A DNA stretch of 48,473 nt from Terriglobales bacterium (GCA_035573035.1 DATNAC010000092.1:1-48473), one strand, 5' to 3'; positions 17,908-27,558 are shown, counted from the stretch's first letter. The notes: a model not told the origin generated them from the sequence alone. A program made the numbers and translations.

Positions 17908-19554
17908 TCAGCGTTTGGCCGACCGGATGACCGGCTTCACGATGATCGTTCCAACCATGCCGCTGTGCTCATGTTGCGTGCAAACGTAGTGGTAAACGCC
18001 GGGGGTATGGAAGACATAAGTGAAGCTCTGGCCCGACTGCAAAAAGGGCGAGGCGAAAGCCTGGGCGCCCACGGGCAGCGCTACGTCTTTTGCGTCCAAG
18101 GCCACCGCGGCATTGTCCACGACCGTGTGGATGGTCGAGGCGGTGTTTTGCCAAGTGATCGCTTGGCCGACCGAAACCTCAATCACGGCGGGAACAAATC
18201 CCGTATCGGTCATGGTCACCCGCGTCGTGGCCACGGCTACCAGGGCGGCGGGCGCGGGCGCGTCTGGCCGGGGTTGCGGAACGTCCGCGAGTAGGGCGTC
18301 GGCCGAATCCGCGGGCGTGATCGCGAGCGGCGGAATCGGTCCCAAAAACTCGTTCGGACCCGGGTACATGAGTTTGGCCACGTCCTCGCCGGTGACGTTC
18401 ATCACGCCCACCAGGCCCTTTTGCACGCGGGCAATCGCGTGATCCACGAAGTTGAAGGAGCCGGGCATGCGGGCCTTCAATTCGAAGATCGCCGCGCCCC
18501 CGGGAGGTACCGTGGCGGTCTGGACGCCGGTGAGCGGAGCCGATACAACCGAGCCGAACTCGTAATATTTTGTGAATATCTCCCCGACCATGTGCGGCGA
18601 AGAGGTGGAATTGGGTCCGGCGTTGCCGAAGAAAATGCGGACGCTTTGCCCCACGGAGGCGGTCATGGGGTACTGCTTGGTCAGCGCGCCGATAGCGCCA
18701 TTGAAGACGTAGTACCGCGGGGTTTCCGCCAGCAGCTTGGCCTGGTCCAGCCCCAGGGTTTCGCCGCGGCGGCCGGGCCCGGAAGCGTAGATTTCACCCT
18801 GCATGACGTAGTACTCGCGATCCACCGGCGGCAGCCCGCCGCGGGGCTCGACCAGAATGAGACCATACATACCGTTGGCGATGTGCTCACCCACCATGGG
18901 TGTGCCACAGTGGTACACGTAGAGACCGGGGGTGGTGGCGACAAAGCTGAACGTCCGCTCCTGTCCGGGCGGTACCTGCATCAGGGCAGCGCCGCCGCCC
19001 GGGCCCAAGGCAGCGTGCAAGTCAATCGAGTGCACCATGCGGTCGCCGGCACTGTTCCGCAAGGTTACCTCGACCGTGTCGCCGACACGCACGCGGATCA
19101 TGGGACCTGGCACCTTGCCGTTGAATGTCCAATAGTGATACGACACGCCGTTGTCGGGGTCGAGCAGAGCGTCCACTTCGCGCGCGGTGAGCAGGACGCG
19201 CTGGACATGGGCCGGCGGTAGATCCGCAAGCGGCCTCTGATTCACCGGACCCGGGAGGTCGCTGGGGTCTCGCACAATAGACGACCCGACAGACACGGGC
19301 GCCTTGGCGGGTGCCTGTTGTGCTCGCGCCGGCAGTGGGATCAGCCACACGAGCAAGAGTGCGAACACGACGCCACGCGGGTATGCCCTGCCCGATGCGA
19401 ATCGAGCCCGCAGGGCGGCGAGTGACGCTCTCCTAGCCCGCTCGAACCACAAAAGGCCCGGCAGCACCAAGAACGCCGCCGCCACACTCCCCGCGAAACT
19501 TGTGAGATCCGCGAAACCTCGCGCCTGGGAAACCCAAAAAGTTCTGGTTTGCAT
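17908..19554 (-). CDS. nirK: Copper-containing nitrite reductase NirK with fused C-terminal plastocyanin-like cupredoxin domain
   Basis: Candidate NirK ligand motifs are HSIDLH (T1/T2 His plus catalytic Asp), YVYHCGTPMVGEHIANGM (His-Cys...His...Met) and SSPHMVGEIF. A Pro-rich linker is followed by a roughly 100 aa domain with HTVV and YHYVCTQHEHSGM (C-x2-H-x4-M). The true start is uncertain because the N-terminal roughly 80 aa has two hydrophobic stretches; the cleavable-looking one is VVFALLLVWLIPLPARA. Confidence 0.85.
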   Translation of the reverse strand: MQTRTFWVSQARGFADLTSFAGSVAAAFLVLPGLLWFERARRASLAALRARFASGRAYPRGVVFALLLVWLIPLPARAQQAPAKAPVSVGSSIVRDPSDLPGPVNQRPLADLPPAHVQRVLLTAREVDALLDPDNGVSYHYWTFNGKVPGPMIRVRVGDTVEVTLRNSAGDRMVHSIDLHAALGPGGGAALMQVPPGQERTFSFVATTPGLYVYHCGTPMVGEHIANGMYGLILVEPRGGLPPVDREYYVMQGEIYASGPGRRGETLGLDQAKLLAETPRYYVFNGAIGALTKQYPMTASVGQSVRIFFGNAGPNSTSSPHMVGEIFTKYYEFGSVVSAPLTGVQTATVPPGGAAIFELKARMPGSFNFVDHAIARVQKGLVGVMNVTGEDVAKLMYPGPNEFLGPIPPLAITPADSADALLADVPQPRPDAPAPAALVAVATTRVTMTDTGFVPAVIEVSVGQAITWQNTASTIHTVVDNAAVALDAKDVALPVGAQAFASPFLQSGQSFTYVFHTPGVYHYVCTQHEHSGMVGTIIVKPVIRSAKR

Positions 19555-19804
19555 ACCCGCAGGAATGCAGGCCGCGGGCCACCTGGGGTTGCGGAAAATA
19601 GGGGATTTATACGCCGCGCGTCACGTGGCTTGGGTTTCCTGGCACGGGGCTGCGCGAGTTGCCCCATGCCATCGGCGCGGGCCGCACGACCTCGTTAACC
19701 CAGGGCGGGCCGCCCTCAGGCGTTCGCGGCCCGGCGCCCACTTGAACGCGGCGCCCGCGGCGCGACCCCGCGAGCGGAACATCCGGCTGCTTGCGCCCCT
19801 TGCC

Positions 19805-22800
19805 TCAGGGCTGCCGGGCACTGTGGGCGGCGGCGACGTCGGCTTGCAGGCGGGTGACGCCGGCGGCGGCTTGCTGGATGTAGTCGTCGGCGACTTGCAC
19901 CATGGAGGGGGTGGGCGGAACCATGGCCAATCCCACCTGGCTGGCGATCGAGGTCAGCCAGGCGCGCAGGCGGCCGGGGTAGACCAGGGCGCCCTCGCTG
20001 GATTGGATCTTGAGGTCCACCAGATCGTCAATGTCGCGGTTCAGGTTGGCGAGGGCGGTGCCGCCGCTGCCCGACTTCTCGAGCGCGGCGCGGGCATCGA
20101 TCGCCTCGTTCAGGTTGGTATCGAGTTGGTTGAGGGCGGTGTGAATGCGCATCAGCAGGTCGAAGCGCTGCTGCAACTCCGCCTGCGAGGTGGCGAGGCG
20201 CGGGTCGAGCTTGACCTCGAAGGGCTGTTTCTGCGTGGCTTGGCCGACGGTGAGGGTGACGTCGTAAGTGCCGGGCACCACCTCCGGGCCCACGGGCACG
20301 GCGGCGGCGAAGCCGGAGTTGAATATCCCCTTAACCTCGGTGGCGTTGGGGTAGCGCAGGTTCCACTGGTAGCTGTTCATGCCGGCGTGCAAGCGGGCGA
20401 CGCGGGCTCCGCCGCGGCCACCGGGAGCCGCGCCCCGTCCACCCGGTGCGGGACGCTGGGGCAGCGTGACGGTGTTGATCTCCTGGCCGCTGGCGGTGCT
20501 GAACGTGAGCTTGACCGGGGTGCCGGCGGTGTAGTCGGAGGGCAGATGGAAGAACACGGTGACGCCGGCGGGGCGGTTCTCCGCTCCCGCGCCGCCGCGG
20601 CCACCGCCGCCACCCCCGCCGCCGGCGGTGAGCCAGGCCTGCTGGGGCTTGAAGAGGTACGCCGTGTCGTCGGAAACGTGCGCGGTGCCGAGCTGTTCGA
20701 GGTACTGCAGGTTATCCATCACCCAGAAGGCGCGGCCGAAGGTGGCGAGTACCACGGCGTGCTGCTGGGACTGGATCTCGACGTCGTTGACGCGCACCGC
20801 GGGCAGGTTGAGGCGGAGCGGCTGCCACTGCTGGCCCTGATCCAGGCTGAAGTATACGGACTTGCTGGTGCCCGCGATCATCAGGTTGGCTTGGTTCGGA
20901 TCCTGGCGGACGCTCTCCACGTACTCGTCGGCGGGCAGACCGTTGGTGAGCGCGGTCCAGGTCTTGCCGTAGTCGGTGGTCTTGTAGACGTAGGGGTGGA
21001 AGTCATCCCAATCGAAGCGGCTGGCGGACACGTAGGCGGTGCCGGCCTCGGTGTGCGAGGGCTCGATGCAGGTGACGGTGGACCACTCCGGAAGCTGGGG
21101 CGGCCGGACCTGGGCCCAGTTGGCGCCGGCGTCCTGGCTGACGTGGACCAGGCCGTCGTCGGAGCCGACCCAAATAACGTTGTCGGTGAGCGGCGAGACG
21201 GCGATCGAGGAGATGGTGTCGAACATTTCCTCGCCGGTAACGTCGGCGCTGATGGGTCCGCCGGGCCGCGCCTGCTTGGTTTTGTCGTCACGGGTGAGAT
21301 CGGGGCTGATCACCTTCCAGTGCGTGCCTTCGTCGAAGCTCTCAAACAAGACGTTGGCACCAAAGAGCAACTCCTTGGAATTGCCGGGGGCGAAGACGAT
21401 GGGGTGGTGGATCCAACCGAAGCGGTACTTGATCAGCGAGCCCTGCAGGCCGAACTTGTAGGCGGGCCAGGGAGCCACGTTGGTGACCAAGCCGGTGCGG
21501 CGGTCGTCGCGCCACTCATTGCTGTAGTAGCCGCTGCCGTAAGTGATCCAGGGCTTGCCCGGAGTCGGCAGCACCCAGCTCATCTCGCCGCCCTGCACCG
21601 TGTTCCACACCGGCGGCATGGCGCCACCCACGGTGGCGCTGGGGCCCTCGTTGGAGCTGCGGTCCTGCTGCGCGCCGTAGATATTGAAGGGGAACTCCTC
21701 GTCGAGGTTGGCGTGGTAGAACTGGCCGGTGGGCTGGTTGTCTTCGGAGCTGAAGGCCTTGCCGCCGTTCAGGGTGACGGTGGCGCCGCCGTCGTTGCCT
21801 TCGATAAAGATCTGGGTGTTGTTGGGGTTGATCCAGAAGGCGTGGTTATCGCCGTGCGGGGGGCGCAAGGGGAGCAGCGTCTTGCCCGAGTCGTGGGAGA
21901 TGTAGACGCCGACGTTGGGCAGGTAGATGGTGTTGGGGTCCTTGGGGTCCACGTAGACGCGCCCGTAGTAGAAGGCGCGCTGCGTGATGTCCATGCTGTT
22001 GTTGATCAGGCGCCAGGTCGCGCCGGCGTCGTCGGAGCGGAACAGGCCGCCGGCCTGTCCCTTATAGTCGGCCTGGATCAGCGCATAGACGACTTTGGGA
22101 TCTGTGGGTGCGACCGCGACGCCAACCTTGCCGAAGATGCCGGTGGGCAGGCCGGGGCGGTGCGAGATGTTGGTCCAGTTGGCGCCGCCGTCGGTGGATT
22201 TATAGAGGCCGCTGCCGGGGCCGCCGCTGGAGAAACCCCAGTGCGTGCGCGACATCTGCCACATGGCGGCGTAGACCACGCTGGGGTTGGTCTGATCCAT
22301 GGCCATGGTGATGGCGCCGGTGTCGTTGTTGACGAACAGGATTTTTTTCCAGGTCTGGCCGCCGTCGGTCGTCTTGAAGACGCCGCGGTCGGGGTTGGGC
22401 GCAAAGAGGTGTCCCAACGAGGCCACGTAAACGACATCGGGGTTCTGGGGGTCCACCAGGATCCAGTTGATCATGTGGGTATCGCCCAAGCCGATGAAGG
22501 ACCAGGACGTGCCGCCGTCGGTGGACTTGTACATGCCCTCGCCGGTAAGGACGGTGTTGCGGGGGGCGGAGTCGCCGGTGCCGACGTAGATGATCTTGGA
22601 GTTGGAGGGCGCGACCGCCATGGCGCCGATGCTGCCGGTCTTGAAGTCCTTGTCGGAAATGTTGTGCCAGTTCTGCCCGTAGTCCTCGGTCATCCAGACG
22701 CCGCCGCCGGCGGTGCCCATATAGAAGATATTGGGCTCAGAGGCGACGCCGGCCACGGTGGTCACACGACCGCCGGTAAAGGGGCCCACGTTGCGCCAGT

Positions 22801-22912
22801 GCAGGGCGCTGGTCAAGGGGTTGGACGGCACGGGCGGGGCGGGAGCAGCCGACACCGCCAGCAGACCCAGGGACAGACCGCAAAACAGCAGAGCGTAGCG
22901 AGTTTTGGACAT
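19805..22912 (-). CDS. VPS10/sortilin-like BNR-repeat beta-propeller protein (paralog) with C-terminal helical extension
   Basis: In-frame ATG at 22912 in ORF 19805..23392. Signal peptide MSKTRYALLFCGLSLGLLAVSAAPA. BNR motifs: KSTDGGTSW, KTTDGGQTW, KSTDGGANW, RSDDAGATW, ISHDSGKT, VSQDAGANW and KTTDYGKTW. It aligns by eye with 14996..17743, for example AVAPSN...GTGD...YKSTD.G.W and VDPQNPDVVYVA versus VHPANPDVVYVA. Confidence 0.85.
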   Translation of the reverse strand: MSKTRYALLFCGLSLGLLAVSAAPAPPVPSNPLTSALHWRNVGPFTGGRVTTVAGVASEPNIFYMGTAGGGVWMTEDYGQNWHNISDKDFKTGSIGAMAVAPSNSKIIYVGTGDSAPRNTVLTGEGMYKSTDGGTSWSFIGLGDTHMINWILVDPQNPDVVYVASLGHLFAPNPDRGVFKTTDGGQTWKKILFVNNDTGAITMAMDQTNPSVVYAAMWQMSRTHWGFSSGGPGSGLYKSTDGGANWTNISHRPGLPTGIFGKVGVAVAPTDPKVVYALIQADYKGQAGGLFRSDDAGATWRLINNSMDITQRAFYYGRVYVDPKDPNTIYLPNVGVYISHDSGKTLLPLRPPHGDNHAFWINPNNTQIFIEGNDGGATVTLNGGKAFSSEDNQPTGQFYHANLDEEFPFNIYGAQQDRSSNEGPSATVGGAMPPVWNTVQGGEMSWVLPTPGKPWITYGSGYYSNEWRDDRRTGLVTNVAPWPAYKFGLQGSLIKYRFGWIHHPIVFAPGNSKELLFGANVLFESFDEGTHWKVISPDLTRDDKTKQARPGGPISADVTGEEMFDTISSIAVSPLTDNVIWVGSDDGLVHVSQDAGANWAQVRPPQLPEWSTVTCIEPSHTEAGTAYVSASRFDWDDFHPYVYKTTDYGKTWTALTNGLPADEYVESVRQDPNQANLMIAGTSKSVYFSLDQGQQWQPLRLNLPAVRVNDVEIQSQQHAVVLATFGRAFWVMDNLQYLEQLGTAHVSDDTAYLFKPQQAWLTAGGGGGGGGRGGAGAENRPAGVTVFFHLPSDYTAGTPVKLTFSTASGQEINTVTLPQRPAPGGRGAAPGGRGGARVARLHAGMNSYQWNLRYPNATEVKGIFNSGFAAAVPVGPEVVPGTYDVTLTVGQATQKQPFEVKLDPRLATSQAELQQRFDLLMRIHTALNQLDTNLNEAIDARAALEKSGSGGTALANLNRDIDDLVDLKIQSSEGALVYPGRLRAWLTSIASQVGLAMVPPTPSMVQVADDYIQQAAAGVTRLQADVAAAHSARQP

Positions 22913-23564
22913 GGCGGAGGGCCTCCCTCTCAAGCGCTTCCCGAACAACGGCTCAGAATAGCCGGAGTGTAGACGATTTTCGGGGAAAAATATAGTCCAT
23001 TGAGCGGCATTCATCCTTGTATAATCGCGGGCCTCACTTCCCCGGCGTTTTGATGGGCGCGACCCCCGCGACTGGTTCAGCAAGCGGGCGAGGCGGAGCC
23101 CGGCTTGGTCGAGGCGCAACTCGATCACCGGAGCGGCCTCGTCCAGCATTTCCATCGGGAGAGGCTGTTGGCGGGCGGCGCAGCTCTTCACGCCGGGCTC
23201 CAGGTCCACGGCAAGGGGCGCGGGCAACGTACCGTACACGGCCTTGACGGCGGCGGGCAAAACCCGGACGGGAAGGGGAAGGAGTCCTCTCACGCGGGGT
23301 TCCTCGGGTGGATCGGGAGCCATGCGGGGAAGCGTACATGCGCAGCCATCCCCCGCGGCATACCTGGAGCCCCGGCGGCGCGGCCGTCTCAATTCGGTTA
23401 CACGGATGAGGTATTCAACCTTCGGAGAGGACTCGCTGCAACCGTTCTGTAACCGGCGTGCCGCGCGGCGACGCGTGATCGAACTGTAACGCCGCCGCGC
23501 GATTGCCGCTGCCTACAATCGCTTCGTTCGCACTCACACCTTCGCGGGAAAAAAGGAGTACCGA

Positions 23565-26500
23565 ATGAAAATGCAGCCATGCTTTCTGTTTCGTGCGCTG
23601 GGCCTTGGCGCGGTCGCGTTGTGGTTGTTCAGCGGCCTGCCGGCGGCGGCGCAACAATCGGTGGGCAACGTGTCCGGCACGGTGTTCGATTCGAGCGGCG
23701 CGGTGATTGCCGGGGCGCGGGTGGCGCTCGCGAACGCGCAAACCGGGCTGCGGGAGTCCGGAGTCTCCAACTCCAAGGGCGAATACAGCTTCTTCGGGCT
23801 GCCGATCGGCACCTACAGCCTCACCTTCAGCAAGGCCGGCTTCCAGCCGGAGGCGCACCCGGCGATCGTGGTCAGTGCCGCGGCCACAACCACGCTGCCG
23901 GTGACGCTGCATCCCGGCAGCGATGCGCAGCAGGTGACGGTGACGGCGACGCCGCTGCTGAACAAATCGGACACGACCAACGGTTACGTGCTGCCCGCGG
24001 CGGTGATCAATAGCCTGCCGCTGGGCACCGGCAGCTTCACGCAACTGGCGGTGCTGAGCCCCGGGGTAAGCGCGGACCTGCTCTCGGGCTCGGGCAGCAA
24101 CGCCGGACTGGGCAACCAGGCGATATGGTCCAACGGGCAGCGCGACACCAGCAACAGCTTCAGCTTCAACGGCGTGGCCTCGGAGAATCTGTTCAACGGC
24201 AAGTCGGGCAGCTCGGTGGGCGAAGCGGCGTTCCTGCCCAACACCGGCGAGCACTTCCTGCCCGGTGGGCAGATCGAGACCAACACCTCGGTCTACGACG
24301 CCATCGGCGAAGGCCTGCCCACGCCGCCGCCGGAGACTATCGATGAACTCAAAGTGGACAGCTCGATGTACGACGCCAGCGAGGGCTCGAGCAGCGGTGC
24401 GCACGTGGCGGTGGTCACAAAATCGGGCACCAACCAGTATCACGGCATGGGTTACTGGTACTTTCAGAACAGCGCGCTGAACGCGGCGCCATTTTTCTAC
24501 AATGCCTCGCCGGCAATCCCGCGGGGCCAGAAGGTACCCGAGCTGCAGCGCAACGTCGGGGGCGTGACCTTCGGCGGCCCGCTGGTCAAGAACAAGCTGC
24601 TGTTCTTTGCCTCCTATCAGGGCGTGGCCGATCACGACCAGCTCAATGGCACCTCCAAGCTCAACGTGCCGCTGGCGCTGACCAACGACCGCTCGGCAGG
24701 CGCGTTGGAGAACGACTTCGGCGTGAGCTCGATCAGCCCGGTGGCGCTGGCGCTGTTCCAGGCGAAAGTCAACGGGCAGTACCTGATCCCGACGCCCTCG
24801 GTCACCAGCGCGGCCACCGCCAAAACGCTGGGGTACGACGCCATCATCACCGGCAGGCCCGAGTTCAGCTCGAACCAGGCCAACGCCAACCTGGACTATG
24901 TGGTCAGCGCCAACGACCGCCTGGCGTTCAAGTACTACTACCAGAACGACCCCACGCTCTCGCCGTTCGCGGTCAGCGCGCTGCCCGGTTTTGCGCAGCA
25001 ATTGCAGGCGGGGGGGCAGGTGGCCTCGCTGGAAAACATGCAAGTACTCTCGCCCACGATGACCTGGGAACAGAAGGCGGGTTTCATCCGGCAGATCGCC
25101 AACGCCAATGTGCAGCAGCAGTTGACGCCCGGAGCGGTGGGCATGAACCTTTTCGGCTCGACGCTTTTTCCGGGGCTGACGATTGATTCGTTTGACCCCA
25201 CCTTGAAGAAAAACATCAGCCTGGGCTCCTCGGGCAACTTCACCAACGGCGGCGTTTTCCAGAACCAGTTCAGCTACACCACCGAGCTCAACTGGGTGCG
25301 GGGAGATCACCGCTTCGAGGCCGGCTTCACCTTCACCCAGGCGCAGCTGAACGTGGTGAACCGCTCCAACGAGGCGGCGCAGGTCACGGTTTCGAGCCTG
25401 GCCAGCTTCCTCGCCGGCAACGTAAAATCCACGCAAATGCTGGTGGGCTCGACCAACCGGTACTACCGCGCGCCGACCCTGGGCGCGTTCGCGCAGGACA
25501 GTTGGCAGGTGTCGCGCAACCTGAGCGTGATTTACGGACTACGCTGGGACTACGACGGCCCGCTGAGCGAAGAGCACGGCATGCTGACCAATTTCGACCC
25601 GAGCCGGTACCAGTACAATGCCACCACCGATACGGTAACCAACGACGGCCTGGTGGTGGCGGGCAACAACCCGCAATACGCCACCGCCGGCGTGAGCGAC
25701 TCGACGCTGACGGCGCACCAGTACGGCTTCGCGCCGCGGCTGGGGGTGGCCTGGACTCCAGGGGCGAACTCGAACCTGGTGATTCGCGCCGGCGTGGGGA
25801 TGTACTACGACCGGGGCGAGTTCTTCACCGACTTCTCGCCTGGCGCGGGCTACGGCATCAGCGGACCACTGGGGGTAACGCAGGAGCTGCCCTTCGTGGA
25901 GCCCTTCCACAGCCCGGGCGGATCGACGCTGGCGAGCCCGCTGGGACCGACCGCGCCGGCGCTCACGCCCGGCAACCCGGCGCTGTTCGCCGCGACCATT
26001 CCGAACCTGACCGCCACGGCGGGCTGTCCCGCGGGGCTGCTGCCGAACCCGTTGGGTTGCGGGGCGAACCATGCCGCGCCCAACACCTTCGACGGCGGCG
26101 CCGTGGCGGCGCAGATCGGGGGCTACGACATGAACAACAAGCTGCCCTACTCGGAGAACTGGCTGTTCGACATCCAGTGGCAGCCGGTCAACGACCTGGC
26201 TCTGACGGTGGGGTACACCGGCAATCATGGCGTACACGAGTTGCTGCCCATCCCGATCAACCAACCCGCGCTGGCCTCGCCGACGCATCCGGTGAACGGA
26301 CAGATTTACAACTACGGCTTCAATCCGTGCCCATTGGCGGATAGCAACTGCAGCCCCTACGGCCCCTCGACGCCGAATTCCCCCAGCGCCGGCCTGGTCA
26401 CCGAGCCCTACAGCAACTACAACAGCAGCTTCGACGGCGGCAACGTGGACTTGCGCGTGCCCTTCATCGGCTACAGCCCCAACCTGGCGCTGTGGGAGGC

Positions 26501-27374
26501 GGAAGGCGTTTCGCACTACAACGCGCTGCAGTTCTCCGCCACCAAGAAACTCGGACATGGTTTGCAAATCAACGGCTCCTACACCTACTCCCATACCCTG
26601 GACGAGGGCAGCGGGCTGGGTCTGTTCTACAACGGCAACGATCCGATCAACCCGCGCAGCGCCTACGCCACGGCCGACTTCGACCGCACCCACGTGCTGG
26701 CGTTCAGCTACCTGTATCAACTGCCCACGCTGGGCGCGGCCAACTCCCTGCCCGGACGCCTGGTCAACGGCTGGGGCGTGAGCGGCATCGTCACCTTCCA
26801 GAGCGGGCTGCCGTATAGCGTATGGGACTACTCGGGCGGCGCCGCCTCGAACTACTACAGCTCGAACGACGTGATCACCAACCCGCTGATCCCGCTGGCG
26901 CCGGGGCAATCGGTGGCCTCGGCCCAGACGACCATCAACGGGCTGCCGGGGTTGAACCCATCCGCATTTGCGCCACCGCTGCTCGGGGCCGGCCAAGCCG
27001 GCGTCCCGCCCTGCGGACCCACGGCCGATGGCTCCAGCGCCAACTTCTGCGACACGGTGGAGAGCGGCTACGGAGCGGCGGGGCGGAACAACTTCCGCGG
27101 ACCATTCCAGTCGCGCGTCGACTTCTCGCTCCGCAAGGACTTCAACCTGAGCGAACGGCTGGGGCTGCGGGTCCAGGCCGACGCGCTCAACCTGTTCAAC
27201 ACGCCGAGCTTCGACGCCCCCAACGTCAACTCGGAGTTCAACGCCAGCTACAGCGACTTCCCGACCAACGGCAACGCGCCGGGGTTCACGCAGGGCAACT
27301 CCAGCTTCGGGCTGATCCAAGACACGATCGGCAGCCCGCGGTTCATCCAGCTGTCGCTGCATTTGTCGTTTTGA
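23565..27374 (+). CDS. TonB-dependent outer-membrane receptor with N-terminal carboxypeptidase-regulatory-like domain
   Basis: SD AAGGAG lies 7 nt upstream of the ATG. A signal peptide is followed by GNVSGTVFDSSGAVIAGARVALANAQTGLRESGVSNSKGEYSFFGLPIGTYSLTFSKAGF (CarboxypepD_reg pattern). The body is long and beta-strand rich, with C-terminal ...FIQLSLHLSF ending in the aromatic residue typical of OMP barrels. Confidence 0.9.
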   Translation: MKMQPCFLFRALGLGAVALWLFSGLPAAAQQSVGNVSGTVFDSSGAVIAGARVALANAQTGLRESGVSNSKGEYSFFGLPIGTYSLTFSKAGFQPEAHPAIVVSAAATTTLPVTLHPGSDAQQVTVTATPLLNKSDTTNGYVLPAAVINSLPLGTGSFTQLAVLSPGVSADLLSGSGSNAGLGNQAIWSNGQRDTSNSFSFNGVASENLFNGKSGSSVGEAAFLPNTGEHFLPGGQIETNTSVYDAIGEGLPTPPPETIDELKVDSSMYDASEGSSSGAHVAVVTKSGTNQYHGMGYWYFQNSALNAAPFFYNASPAIPRGQKVPELQRNVGGVTFGGPLVKNKLLFFASYQGVADHDQLNGTSKLNVPLALTNDRSAGALENDFGVSSISPVALALFQAKVNGQYLIPTPSVTSAATAKTLGYDAIITGRPEFSSNQANANLDYVVSANDRLAFKYYYQNDPTLSPFAVSALPGFAQQLQAGGQVASLENMQVLSPTMTWEQKAGFIRQIANANVQQQLTPGAVGMNLFGSTLFPGLTIDSFDPTLKKNISLGSSGNFTNGGVFQNQFSYTTELNWVRGDHRFEAGFTFTQAQLNVVNRSNEAAQVTVSSLASFLAGNVKSTQMLVGSTNRYYRAPTLGAFAQDSWQVSRNLSVIYGLRWDYDGPLSEEHGMLTNFDPSRYQYNATTDTVTNDGLVVAGNNPQYATAGVSDSTLTAHQYGFAPRLGVAWTPGANSNLVIRAGVGMYYDRGEFFTDFSPGAGYGISGPLGVTQELPFVEPFHSPGGSTLASPLGPTAPALTPGNPALFAATIPNLTATAGCPAGLLPNPLGCGANHAAPNTFDGGAVAAQIGGYDMNNKLPYSENWLFDIQWQPVNDLALTVGYTGNHGVHELLPIPINQPALASPTHPVNGQIYNYGFNPCPLADSNCSPYGPSTPNSPSAGLVTEPYSNYNSSFDGGNVDLRVPFIGYSPNLALWEAEGVSHYNALQFSATKKLGHGLQINGSYTYSHTLDEGSGLGLFYNGNDPINPRSAYATADFDRTHVLAFSYLYQLPTLGAANSLPGRLVNGWGVSGIVTFQSGLPYSVWDYSGGAASNYYSSNDVITNPLIPLAPGQSVASAQTTINGLPGLNPSAFAPPLLGAGQAGVPPCGPTADGSSANFCDTVESGYGAAGRNNFRGPFQSRVDFSLRKDFNLSERLGLRVQADALNLFNTPSFDAPNVNSEFNASYSDFPTNGNAPGFTQGNSSFGLIQDTIGSPRFIQLSLHLSF

Positions 27375-27394
27375 GGCGGGGCGAAACCGTCTGG

Positions 27395-27558
27395 CGCCTT
27401 GCGATCGCGGGGCGCCAGCACCTGACGCGCGACCCGCGCCGTTTTGATGGACACGGGCCCCAGCGCGGAAGGCCACGCGCCCGGCGTTTCCGGGCGCCTT
27501 CGGCTTATGCTCGCACCGGCAGGGGACCCCGGAGCCCCATGCCGGTGCCGCGCCCGCG
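27395..27558 (+). repeat. Intergenic structured repeat: degenerate mini-palindrome plus module 1
   Basis: GATCGCGGGGCGCC...GCGCGACCCGCGCC is followed by GTTTTGATGGACACGGGCCCCAGCGCGGAAGGCC...CACCGGCAGGGGACCCCGGAGCCCCATGCCGGTG. It matches 14792-14908 nearly base for base. Confidence 0.8.

Noticed and set aside
19555-19804. Possible FNR/NnrR-type box (TTGAT-n4-ATCAA) upstream of nirK.
   Set aside because: No such palindrome is present. The only features are a TATAAA-like element on the minus strand and a short seed of the repeat family.
19304-22972. Very long ORFs antisense to, or overlapping, real genes. Examples: 19304..22972 (+) at 1222 aa, 12244..14352 (-), 16232..17989 (+), 23415..25436 (-), 25539..27713 (-), 42878..44524 (-) and 32789..33883 (-).
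   Set aside because: Their translations are Arg/Gly/Ala/Pro-rich low-complexity strings with no motifs. Each lies opposite a gene with clear family signatures. Stop-codon depletion in high-GC DNA produces such shadow ORFs.
23400-23564. Possible riboswitch or Fur-type operator in the 5' leader of the TonB-dependent receptor. This includes the hairpin GCGATTG-n9-CAATCGC at 23499-23521.
   Set aside because: I recognise no B12-box, TPP or other riboswitch core sequence, and no Fur-box-like AT-rich palindrome.
27391-27418. Possible rho-independent terminators. Examples: the hairpin CTGGCGCC-n12-GGCGCCAG after the TonB receptor gene, GATGCCC-n10-GGGCATC at 44099-44122 after katG, and GGCGCCGG-n12-CCGGCGCC at 7778-7805.
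   Set aside because: The stems are clear, but none is followed by a convincing U-tract. In this GC context such inverted repeats are common, so terminator function is not supported from sequence alone.
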